A DNA stretch of 59,453 nucleotides, the filler included, from Diploschistes diacapsis (taxonomy: Eukaryota): the NCBI GenBank assembly GCA_023645945.1. It is 4 parts of 4 records of this genome, joined end to end, with 100 filler letters (N's around TTAATTAATTAA, not from the genome) between each part and the next. Parts side by side here need not be neighbours in the genome. Positions count along the whole stretch, not along the records: positions 44,701 to 59,453 come from JALAIB010000587.1; 3 more parts are not named here. One strand, 5' to 3'. Shown piece by piece: positions 49,292 through 58,989 of the stretch. The translations under genes were made by a program, and so were the position numbers. How positions within the stretch are numbered: position 1 is the first letter of the stretch; each line of letters opens with the position of its first letter. The notes below the pieces were generated by a model, which worked only from the letters and a program-made list of their open reading frames with translations, had not been told where the DNA came from and did no database searches.

Positions 49292-50309
49292 ATGCAGCTT
49301 TTCAGAGTCCTTATTCTCCTTTTTGTCTTGTCTCCTGCCGTCTGGTCGCATCGAGTGCACCATCGCACCGTTTCTGTTCCGGTCGATATTCGCTACGAAG
49401 ATCTTTTACGGCTCCGCGGTGTCGCTCTTGATAGAAATTGCCGCAGCGACGATGCTGAAATGTGCCTGTCACGAAGGGCAGTATCAAGGCTGTTCCGGAG
49501 GGTGAAGTCTCTCCATGAGTGTAAAGATGATGAAGAAAAGGAAAAAGTTCGGTAAGTTCACGAGCGTTTTAGTCTACTTCCAGATTTTCTTTTTGGGTCG
49601 ACGCTGAAATAACCCCAGTGAGCAACGGCGGTGTGCTTGAAAGTACAGCTGCGTGTTATATGCGGCTGAAAAAGGTTAGGAAGTACCAGGCGGCCAGGCG
49701 GCTGTCGGAAGCTGACATAAATCATAGGAATGAAGTCGTTCGGTGAGTTTTTCACCAAACATACATCCGACATCAAGTAATCAGGCGGCTAAAAAGTATT
49801 CTAGGAATTGGCGAAAGGAGGCAAAAGAGAAAGATCCTGAAGGTTACTTGGCAAAGCAAAGGTAGGCTTAAGCATGGCGAGGCCTATCAATTTCTTCAGT
49901 AGCTGAAATCAATTCTAGAAAATATCACAGAAAATATGTGGACAAAAAGAAGCAGGAGGCGGCGGACGAGAAGGGAGGACAGGAAGCAGGCCCGAGAGTA
50001 AAGACGAGGAAGCATAGGGAGGGGAAGATGAAGAGGAAGATTCCAGAGGCAAAGATGAAGAACCCAGAGCAGGAGACCGAAAGCCTGGAGCGCGGGGGGA
50101 AGATCCCGAAACAGGGAATGGAGAGCCCGAAGCAGGCGTATAAAAGTCAGGAGCGCGGGGGGATAAGCGTGGGACAGGGAATGAGGAGCCCAAAGCAGGC
50201 GCATAAAAGCCAGGAGCGCGGGAGGATAAGCCCGGAACAATGCATGAAGAGCCCAGAGCCAAAGCGACCTCGAAAGCCCAACAACCCTCAAAGAGCGCCC
50301 TTTGGCTAG
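49292..50309 (+). CDS. Orphan secreted Arg/Lys-rich repeat protein B (at least 5 exons, about 244 aa)
   Basis: Exons 49292-49551, 49619-49630, 49728-49742, 49805-49861, 49919-50309; all introns GT-AG and phase 2, 735-nt open frame. Signal-like MQLFRVLILLFVLSPAVWS, dibasic LSRR/LFRR, then EEKEKVREQRRNEVVRNWRKEAKEKDPEGYLAKQRKYHRKYVDKKKQ and a repeat tail. Confidence 0.68.
50055..50260 (+). repeat. 63-bp coding tandem repeat x3.3 (21-aa unit M-x-(S/N)P-x-Q...ERG)
   Basis: MKNPEQETESLERGGKIPKQG / MESPKQAYKSQERGGISVGQG / MRSPKQAHKSQERGRISPEQC / MKSPEP. Confidence 0.9.
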
Positions 50310-51497
50310 CACTCGCCAACGGAAAATCGAGTCGTCCTGGATCAACACAAAACCTACACATTCCATTCCAGTCCCATACAATTCCATTTTCGATTCCTAT
50401 GGACTTTATTTTCTGGGAACACCTTGTTCTTGGTGTAATCCACTTAGCTTGGTCGCTCATGAGAATTGCAAAAAGAGGAGAAAACGGGTAAAGAGAACGC
50501 GACGCTGGGGCGCCGTAGTCCAAAACCAGCCTAAGTACTGGACGTACTACCTATGGGAAAGGGGAAGGGGATCATTTAAGACTGAATAATACATAGGTAT
50601 ATATCATAATGGCACGACCAGAATACAAGAGATGTTGCATTGAATCTGTGTGGATAGCATGTTAGCTGGGATGCTACCATTTTGGGCGAAAGTCTTCAGT
50701 GACCCTGTCTAACCTCTATATTTACTACAATGACCCTGTAAACCTCAAATATATTTCAACAAGCCCCCAAAAAATAATATGTTAGATCCAAGTATCCACG
50801 GGACCAACACTCCATGCGAGCCATGCTAGGCCCTTACGCGATTACTTTCAGACGGTTTTCTATCTGTATGTCACCTTGTTTCTTGTTTTTCTTTCTTGCT
50901 CGGTTTCGAGGGACGCTCGTCGGCGCATCATTGAGCTCGTCGGGGAGGAGCTGTAGGTTTGTAATGTCGGCCGGAGGCATGATGTCGGTGTAAAGTAGCG
51001 AGCAGACCGCACGCTGGCGGTGGGAGATCTTTGAGGCAGCGACGTAGTCCATAGTATATATTTCTCAAACAAATCTCACCTTTTCACGCCAAGCCCGCCA
51101 GAAATCCCTTTCTTTTATAGTATCCCGCGGCGTCGATATGCCTGTTCTGATCGTTATTTCTTTAGTGTAGACACGGGGTATCGATGAAGGGATTGTCTCC
51201 TAACAGAGAGAGTATTGAAGCACGAAATAAGAGTTGAATATGGAAATAGAACTTTCTAGGTGGAGAAATTATACTTGACAAGAATAATAAACAGATTGAC
51301 CTGGCTGGCGATTATGTAAAACGTAAACACTCAAGTAAGATTCTAGTGATAATGATGGAATTATCAGCTGAAGCTGAATTACTTTAGTGAAACTTCTATC
51401 TTCCAGTATTGCCATATAAGCCACATCTGATTATCTTCCCACATAAGTATTTATTTCCGCAAAGGTTGCTAAGCCTTGAATAAAGAAATTTTGGGGT

Positions 51498-51608
51498 TGG
51501 TGGCAGAAGTGGGAGTCGAACTCACGACCTTTGAAAAAGGTCCGCCAGCAATTTATTTATATTTATTTTTAAGTCGCTTGAATTTCTTCGAACATATAAT
51601 ATTTTGTC
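51498..51608 (-). tRNA. Degenerate type-II (Leu-like) tRNA pseudogene or tRNA-derived element with genome-encoded CCA
   Basis: Minus strand: long variable stem GACCTTT/AAAGGTC, T-arm GTGAG-TTCGACT-CCCAC, acceptor 3' side TTCTGCC-A-CCA. 5' end GACAAAA is consistent with G>A-mutated GGCAGAA. Possible anticodon stem AGCGA/TTGCT with an AT-rich insert. D-arm not recognisable. Confidence 0.55.
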
Positions 51609-52106
51609 AATATTTTATTCCCTACAGGGTCTTTAAGAGATATACGGAACGAATGATGGAAAGGGGAGGGAGGAATGCACATCAGTGAAAGGTTTCCAGC
51701 CTGCAGTTCATGATGCACGACAACAACGGTTCGGATGCTAATGGTGTGGTTTCAGCGCGCCGTGCATCTGTGGATTGCTGCTATTCCTTTCTATTCTATC
51801 TCTGTCCCAGCCTGGCTGCTGGTGCGCAATGCAAGGCGGAAGCACTTTTGTACAAACAACGCACCACTTTACTTCCCCCATCTTCTGCGCTAGCTACATG
51901 CAATCTACACCACCATTGCTCGCTTGTCAACTTTTCTCCCCCACGGGCTGCTGCACATTCCGCTACACATTTCCCCTTCCTCTCCCCCTCGAGCTAATCC
52001 CATCGCCGTCGTTGTCGCTATCGCCACGCCCAATGCTGCAGGTGCGCGCGCACTCTAGAGTCTTCATCTTCCCTTCACGACGCTGCGAGAGGGAGCAGAG
52101 CCGTCT

Positions 52107-54045
52107 TCAAGGCGTACACCGGCCCATGAATCTCGGGTAAAGACAGCACTCGCGCACCGTGAAGCGACCGCACATCCAGGCCAGGAAGCGCTCAAGGCCG
52201 AGGCCGTAGCCGCCGTGGGGAGAGGTACCGTATCTGTTGGTTGTTAATACAGTTTTTATGAGAGGAAGAGAGGTAGGCAAAGAAAAATGGAAGGAGAGAG
52301 GGAGGGCTGAATGGCTAGCTTTAGCATAGCCAGCCTGAGCAGTTGGACCTCGCTGTTATGAAAGCCAGCAGAAACCCAGCGAAATGGAAATGACCAACGG
52401 GAAAAAAGACTCACTTTCTCTGATCGGTATACCAGTAATATGGCCCCGCCTCAATGCCCTCCCTCTTGTACGCTTGCAACAGCTCCTCGTAATCGTCCAT
52501 CCTCATGCTCCCGCCCACGATCTCGCCCACGCCCGGCATCAGACAATCCACAGACTCCGTCACCCTCGGGTCAGCAGCGTCCTTCTTCATGTAGAACGCC
52601 TTGATTTCGACGGGAAAATGCGTGAGGAATATCGGTCGGTTGATCATGTCCGTCATCTTGCGCTCGGCAGCCTCCGCTATGTCGTCGCCGAATGCGTGCG
52701 GCTGGCCTTCTTCGTTTTTGATATCGTGCTCCACGAGCCAGTCGATGGCTTCCGAGTAGCGCATGCGTTTGAAGGGCCGCTCGGGGACGCGGAAGGAGGG
52801 GTTGAGGTCTGTGATCAGTTTGACCATGTGCGGGTCGGACATGGCGATGTCGATGACGCGGCACATGACGAGCTCGAGGTGGTCGAGGAGGTCCTCAAAG
52901 GTTATGAAGTCGAGTTCAGCTTCGATGTGTGTGTACTCTGACAGGTGGCGCCTGGTGAGCGATTTCTCGGCACGGAAGGAAGGGGCAACACAGAAGACGT
53001 TGCCGAGGGAGGGGAGGCAGGTTTCGAGGTAGAGCTGCGAGGATTGGGTGAGGTAGGCTTGCTGGCCGTAATAGTCGAAGGAAAACAGAGTTGCGCCGCC
53101 TTCGACCTGGGTCTGGACCATGGAAGGAGGCGTCACTTCGAGGCACGAGGGTTTGATTTCTTCGTAAGCTTTGCGAAAGGCGCGGAGGACAGCGGCACGG
53201 ACTTTGAGGACAGAGGAAGCGACTTCGCCGCGGATGACGAGATGGCGGTTGTCGAGCAGTATTTGTGGGCCTGCCTCTTTGGAGACACGGGTTGTAATAG
53301 CCTCTTTATCGCCGGCAGCTTTGCCGATAACTTGGAAATAGTCGGCGTGCAGTTCGCGGTCGTCAGGGGCGTGTTGTCCAGGCGGTACTTCCCACATCTC
53401 GCCGTATACTTCTAGCGAGGACCCTTGTGTCAAGGTCATTGCGTCGTATGTCTGAGTCAGTGGTCCCGTAAGCACGCATTGCAAGTAACCATAGCCGTCC
53501 TGTAGAGTGAGGAAGATGACATCTTTCTGTGGCCGTAGACGATGTACACGCCCTCTCACCCGCACCCGAGATCCGCGCATGTCTGGGTCCTCCGGACCTT
53601 CCTTGCCTTTTCTGAGCTTCACGCTCTTGGGATCTTTCTCGCCGAGAGTCATGGTCATGGCCCGGGGTAGGCTTGGGTCGAGCTCAATCTTCCTCTTCTG
53701 TGCCTCCTGCAACACGACCGCCCTGGCCTCGGCCTCTTGCTTTTCTCTCAGGGCGAGCTCCTTTTGCTTTGATTTCTTCTTCAAATGCTGTTCATAGAGA
53801 GTGTTGGCCTTCTTCATTCCTGATTTCGCCGGCGCTTTCCATTCTAAACGTGCTGCTGGGTCTCCATCTTCACTGACCGGGCCGGTTTCTGACTTGCGCG
53901 TGCGATACGAATGTCCCTCCGCCTGTGGTCGCGCGATAAAAGCGTGTAAGAGGGACCTATATGGCTTTTCTTGCGTTCCGTCAGCTGTTGCGTCGTCCTT
54001 GCCGACATCTTCATCGATGTATACCTCCTTTGCAGGAGCAGCCAT
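52107..54045 (-). CDS. DED81: Cytosolic asparaginyl-tRNA synthetase (2 exons; intron 52234-52414)
   Basis: [25 protein letters not shown] (OB fold), [77 protein letters not shown]. Confidence 0.97.
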
Positions 54046-54160
54046 TGTGCGTAGCCGAATGCTGAGTCGAGCCGTTTGGAAGGTCAAATGCAGAGACCAA
54101 AGCCGGAAGATGCTCAATATAGGTGCTGAGAATCATTGGAACATGAATATAGTGGATGAG

Positions 54161-54186
54161 TGAGTCATGCCAGACAGGTTGAGTCA
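54161..54186. promoter_or_regulatory. Two Gcn4/CPC-1 response elements (TGAGTCA) upstream of AsnRS
   Basis: TGAGTCA at 54161-54167 and 54180-54186. Confidence 0.65.
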
Positions 54187-54356
54187 ATAGGATTCTATTG
54201 TGTTTCGCATCAATGTTAAATGGTGGGGGATGTTCAGCCACCACCACTGTACAGCCACAGCCAAGCCACAGCACATAGACAAGCTTTGTAAGGCTGGAGC
54301 ACGTGATATGGCTGATGCTCGTCCAACCAACCGCTTTCTGATATCTGATATCGACA

Positions 54357-54417
54357 TTTCTTCTTCTTCTTCTTTTCTTCAGCCTCTTCCTCTTCCTCTT
54401 CTTCTTCAACCTCTTCA
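54357..54417. repeat. TTC/CTT-rich simple repeat
   Basis: (TTC)n/(TCTTCC)n pyrimidine tract. Confidence 0.8.
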
Positions 54418-55956
54418 AGGTTCCATTTGCCAGTGCAACCTTGATCTACCCTTGGAAGAAGATGAACACTGTTAGTACGCTTAGACTTGCACCTCGAAAG
54501 CATCCAATGCTAGCTGCATCTGCGTACCGAAGGCCTGTGTGCAGGGGCACTCCATGTCTCCAACGGGCTCCTTGTGTCTAAAGGCGTCTATGTATTTCAA
54601 GGCCTTTGTGTGCCTGAAGCCGCTGAAGCCTCTACCGCCGTGACGCCTTCGAAGTCGAACTGCCTTGCAGGAGCCTCGCCCTTGCACCGTCAATCCAGGA
54701 GGCGACACCCAGATGGCCTACGTCTCTGCTGCACACAGCACACAGCCCTGGATAGTACAAATGGTCGATATAAACATGAGTCTTTTCTGCGTGTGTTGCT
54801 GGCTATATTGCGATACTCTGACATAGCGGTAACCCTATTCAAGTTGACCGCATCTCCGTTGCGATTGTGATTTGCCCCTATTCCTGCTTCATCCTGCCGC
54901 CCCCTCCAAGATCACGTGCTAACGCCCTGGCTTGAAGTTGTTGAACATAAAAGTACCGTCATGGAAAATGTAGAAGCAAACATCTGATGGTAGATCTGTC
55001 TCTCTAGCAAGAGTGTTTTGCTCACTGTTGGGGACGAATATGTCGATACTTTGCAGTCACTCACAGTTACGGCCTCGCTTAGCTCCTAAGCTGTCCCTCT
55101 TACTCTGAACCCATCTTCCACTCTTTCATTCCATTAGCAAGCCGTTCTCAAGCTTGACCTCTTCCATTCATCTTGGCTTGCAGTCATACTACTACCTTGT
55201 CGTTCTGATACTCCTCATTCGCATCTCCTGGAAGGCGCTTGCATCCGTGATCGTCTCTCTTGGCTGCAACTCTATTCTTTCCCCGCTTACCAGACAAGCA
55301 AGATTACAAGCCCGAAAAGTGCTGGCCCTTCTCTCCATCTTCTAAGAACTTGATCAAGCAGGAACCATCCAAAAGACCTCGCTTGCAACCTGAGACTAAC
55401 CAGTCCTCTTCATTGACAAGTCACTCCTCGAGAAGTACCGAAATGTAAGTGACCGTGTTCCTCTTTGCTGCTCTTCTCACAGAGCAAACCAGTAAACAGT
55501 CTCAAATCAAGCCCATTTCCTTTCAACCCTACCTCAATAAATTAACGAGGTCCGGGATATCCGAGTCTAGAGTCACAGTCAGCTCTGTTGCTTGCATCGC
55601 GGATCAACACGGGTCGCTCTCCAGCATCACCAGGCTTAGAGGCAAGATCCTTCCTACCTGAACGTTGAAAGCGTCAGAGACAACCTTCTTTCCTACCTCA
55701 GCGTTGGAAGCGTCAGCCTTGTCCTCAACAGCAGACTCAGCAACCCTGTCGAGAGGTCTTTCACCTTTCTTCTCGCCTTGGACGCTTGTTCCAATCTCGG
55801 TCAAAGACTCATCTTTGAAAGCCTCCCAAAGCGCCAGAAGCCTTGGCCTCGGTTTTGTCTGTGGTGACAGTGTTCATCTTCGCCTATTTCTCGGACTTCG
55901 GTAGCCTTGGACCTCGATACGACCAGTCAGCAGGCTAAACATAGTTCCAGTTCAGT

Positions 55957-58038
55957 ATGTCTTCGCCTACCGGTTCCGAAAGCTCAGGGTCCGCTGGAGG
56001 AGTGCCACTCAATTCAATTGTCGCTCGGGAAAAAACCTCTACAAGCAAAGCCTCCACGGGCTCCAATCAATCTATTTCCGAAACCACTGCAGTTCGGAAG
56101 CAAAGCGGATCAAGTACCGACGGCTGGGAAGTTATCTCGCGAGGGCCGTGCAGCGGTTATCGTGACCAGCGCCAAGTCTTAGCCAGCTCTGGCGGCTCCT
56201 TTGAACATCACCACCCTGACAAAGGGCGCACCTCTCCTCTTGTTGACAAAGCGAACCTGCAAACAGCGAGCTCTTTCTCCACCGCATCCAAAACAGGAAC
56301 CAGGGCCACGTCTCTGTCCACAGAAACTCGAAACAGAGCCCTCTCCGCAGCTCAGTCGGATTCTTCCCTCCCTGGAGGTATTCATCCCCCTCCCTGCACC
56401 CCAGAGACCTACCACTACCAGGGGGAGGGTGAGGTACCAGATGCCGTGAGTTTTGCTCTCGACAATGTCAACGCCCAAGATGCACCAAGGGAAAACCTCA
56501 TGTCGCCTGATGCCTTCCGCAAGGCAGCGATGCTCCGTGCCGCAGTAGGTGCTATCGGTACAGAACTCAATAAAGACGGCCTTTCCGAGACAAAAGTTGA
56601 GGAAGTTGTCGGGCGAGCGTCTTTGAACTCTCCCGCAACCAGCGAGGAGGTTCTCCGCCAAAACGAGCCTACCATCGAACAGCCTATCCCTCATGTCCCC
56701 TCTCGGTTTTTCAGTTCGGAGGAGTGGCAGTCTCTGCATGCCAAATTCGAAAAGAGACAAAAGGATACTCTTGTAGACGGAGGTACAGAAGGAGCAGATA
56801 CTGGTGTATGCCATGGTGAGGAGTTCTATGAAGAGCCAGCAGGCTTAAAAGAACATGATGGTGAGGTCAAACATCCGCTACAGAAACTTCAATCTCGTAG
56901 CTCTTCGACAGAGGAGGAGAAGGACTTTGGGGTTGAACTCACCCGGGAAAAGAAGAGATCCTCGATATCGGAACCAGAGGGGGTTGCCGCAATATGGGGT
57001 GAGAGCAGTGTTGAGAGTGTAAAGTCACAGGGAAGCGGTTATGTCCCACGAAGCATGGTAGCTGGCACAGTTCTCCCAGAGAGGAAAACCGTAGACGCAG
57101 AACCTTTACGGGGCGAACACAGCAAGACATTCCACGCCGAACACGTATCGCACGCAAGTCGTTCCACGATGGACTCAATCGAGGCTTTGTCCTCAGGTGC
57201 CCCCGGCTTGGGCCATATCGGCGCTGACTACGAACCTCAACAAGATAATACTGCTGATCCAGAAGCCCGCTTGCTTTCAGGTGCCACACAAAAAACTTCC
57301 GTCCCACCCACTTCTCCATCCACCTCTTCTACCAGCGACTCTTCTCCATCCAAGGATTCTGACGGTGGTGTCCGACTTTCTCCATTTCGCCGCAAGGCTT
57401 CCACTACTTCTACTCTCGACACCTCTTCTTCAAAAGAGTCCGACGGCGGTGTCACCCTTCGACCGACCTCTCGGATCCACCTTGGTCACCACAAGCCCTC
57501 CACCCCCTCCTCCGAGCTTGCCGATAACTCGCCTTCGAAGGAATCTGACGGCGGTATCATCCTCCGTACAATTTCGCTGACCCATATGGAAGGCTCCAAG
57601 TCAACAATTGAGCCGGAATCAGCTTTGAAACTTACAGCCGCGAATTTACGGCGTCTCCCTGGTACTGCCCGACGTCCTGAGAGTGACTCTCTAGTGAGCA
57701 TTTCGTCCGGAAGGCCTGGGAAAGTCCGCAAGATGTCCACCGACCCGTTCGGCAATATTGGCGACTCCATCCTGACGCCGGAGAAGCTAGATGAAGAGAA
57801 GGGCAAGGGCAAAAGCGAGGCTACTGGTATGGACTTCGATACTGGCGCACATAAGGGCAAGGGCAAAAAGTCCACCACACCAGTCTTCAAGCTGCCAATG
57901 CGTCCGGCTGTCAGCGACGATACTACTGGAGGTCAGGGCTCAAGCAAGAACGCTCCAACCAGTTTCGCAGGAGAAAAGAAGGGTGAGGATGGGGGCAAAG
58001 AGGGATCGGTCACTGGGGGTGAAGCTCATTCCAAGTGA
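55957..58038 (+). CDS. Hypothetical Ser/Thr/Glu-rich, probably disordered protein (693 aa) with three SK(D/E)SDGG(V/I)xL repeats
   Basis: 2082-nt uninterrupted ORF with ATG start; no globular domain recognised. Confidence 0.75.
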   Translation: MSSPTGSESSGSAGGVPLNSIVAREKTSTSKASTGSNQSISETTAVRKQSGSSTDGWEVISRGPCSGYRDQRQVLASSGGSFEHHHPDKGRTSPLVDKANLQTASSFSTASKTGTRATSLSTETRNRALSAAQSDSSLPGGIHPPPCTPETYHYQGEGEVPDAVSFALDNVNAQDAPRENLMSPDAFRKAAMLRAAVGAIGTELNKDGLSETKVEEVVGRASLNSPATSEEVLRQNEPTIEQPIPHVPSRFFSSEEWQSLHAKFEKRQKDTLVDGGTEGADTGVCHGEEFYEEPAGLKEHDGEVKHPLQKLQSRSSSTEEEKDFGVELTREKKRSSISEPEGVAAIWGESSVESVKSQGSGYVPRSMVAGTVLPERKTVDAEPLRGEHSKTFHAEHVSHASRSTMDSIEALSSGAPGLGHIGADYEPQQDNTADPEARLLSGATQKTSVPPTSPSTSSTSDSSPSKDSDGGVRLSPFRRKASTTSTLDTSSSKESDGGVTLRPTSRIHLGHHKPSTPSSELADNSPSKESDGGIILRTISLTHMEGSKSTIEPESALKLTAANLRRLPGTARRPESDSLVSISSGRPGKVRKMSTDPFGNIGDSILTPEKLDEEKGKGKSEATGMDFDTGAHKGKGKKSTTPVFKLPMRPAVSDDTTGGQGSSKNAPTSFAGEKKGEDGGKEGSVTGGEAHSK

Positions 58039-58584
58039 AAGAGTAAGTGATTTGATCTGGTGTCTTTAAAACCCAGCTAACTAGCTGAACAGTACTTCAT
58101 GGATTTGTCTGTAGGGAGAACGGGGACTCGAGATGAGCGAGTAAGAAGAAACAAACGGCATGGATAATGGATTCCTTTGCTCTGTGCCCAACCTGCTGCT
58201 ATCTAGTAAGTAGTAGTTAGATAGGTACAAATCCATTATCTGGCCGCCAGAAGTATCGTGATAGCCATGGGTGATAGTAGCCACCATCACGTGACCTACA
58301 ATGGGGGATTCTAACATGGAGGTCTGCTACTCACTCGTAAATAGCTTTATTTCCCCACAAGTCTGCCCATGCAGATTTTTCTACTTACTCTAGATATCTA
58401 CTGACTTGAAGCTTGCAAAAAGCTCCGGAACCACCTGCTTGAGTGAGCTCTGCGCGTGTTAGCAAAGAAGGGGGAAGTAGGAAAGAAAACACAAAACGAC
58501 TGGGAGCTTGTGGTGACTCCAGCTAGATGTTTCCACAATGGAAATCAACCTACTGCCTGTTTATCAACAGCTTTATGTACAACG

Positions 58585-58602
58585 ACACACACACACACAC
58601 AC
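58585..58602. repeat. (AC)9 microsatellite
   Basis: ACACACACACACACACAC. Confidence 0.9.
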
Positions 58603-58989
58603 GCGCGATAACTTTGCAGAGCATGTAAACCATTCGAGAGAAACGGGGGCGTCCGGGCCCACACATCCCCCAACCCAGCATATGTCTCGTTCCAGCCAAA
58701 CGACATGGCCAACGACAGCCCCATCCTGGCTGAAAAGCAATTTCTCTCCTCCCCCGCTCTCCTCGAGTCGCGCATAACTCGGGCCGAGGCCCAGGAAGGC
58801 GAGGGCTTCCGTGCCATCTTTTTTTTTCCCCGTTCCCTTGTTTGGTTGGGGTAGATAGATACAGCGACAGCGTTTCGACGGAAAAACATCATAACTCTGC
58901 CTGCCTCCCGGCCCCACACGTTAGGGCTTGTCTTATTCTGCCTACTATAAAATTGTGTAATATATTTAGTGGCGCCCTAGTAATGCATT

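Noticed and set aside
46030..51500. Starship-type giant transposon as the carrier of the accessory island
   Set aside because: No tyrosine-recombinase captain or boundary repeats seen, and the island is only about 5.5 kb.
51498..51608. Selenocysteine tRNA (long variable arm, GTTCGACTCC)
   Set aside because: Loop reads CTTAAAA not CTTCAAA, the discriminator is A, and the acceptor/T stems fit the ordinary 7/5 pattern.
50684..51646. Possible Mutator-like TIRs (GACCCTGT repeats versus ACAGGGTC)
   Set aside because: Only an 8-nt match, no TSD; insufficient to call.
54234..54708. Minus-strand ORFs with poly-Glu/Lys and Cys pairs upstream of AsnRS
   Set aside because: Explained largely by the TTC simple repeat; no coherent gene model or domain.
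58921..58926. TTAGGG next to the terminal AT-rich block (telomere)
   Set aside because: Single hexamer, no tandem array.
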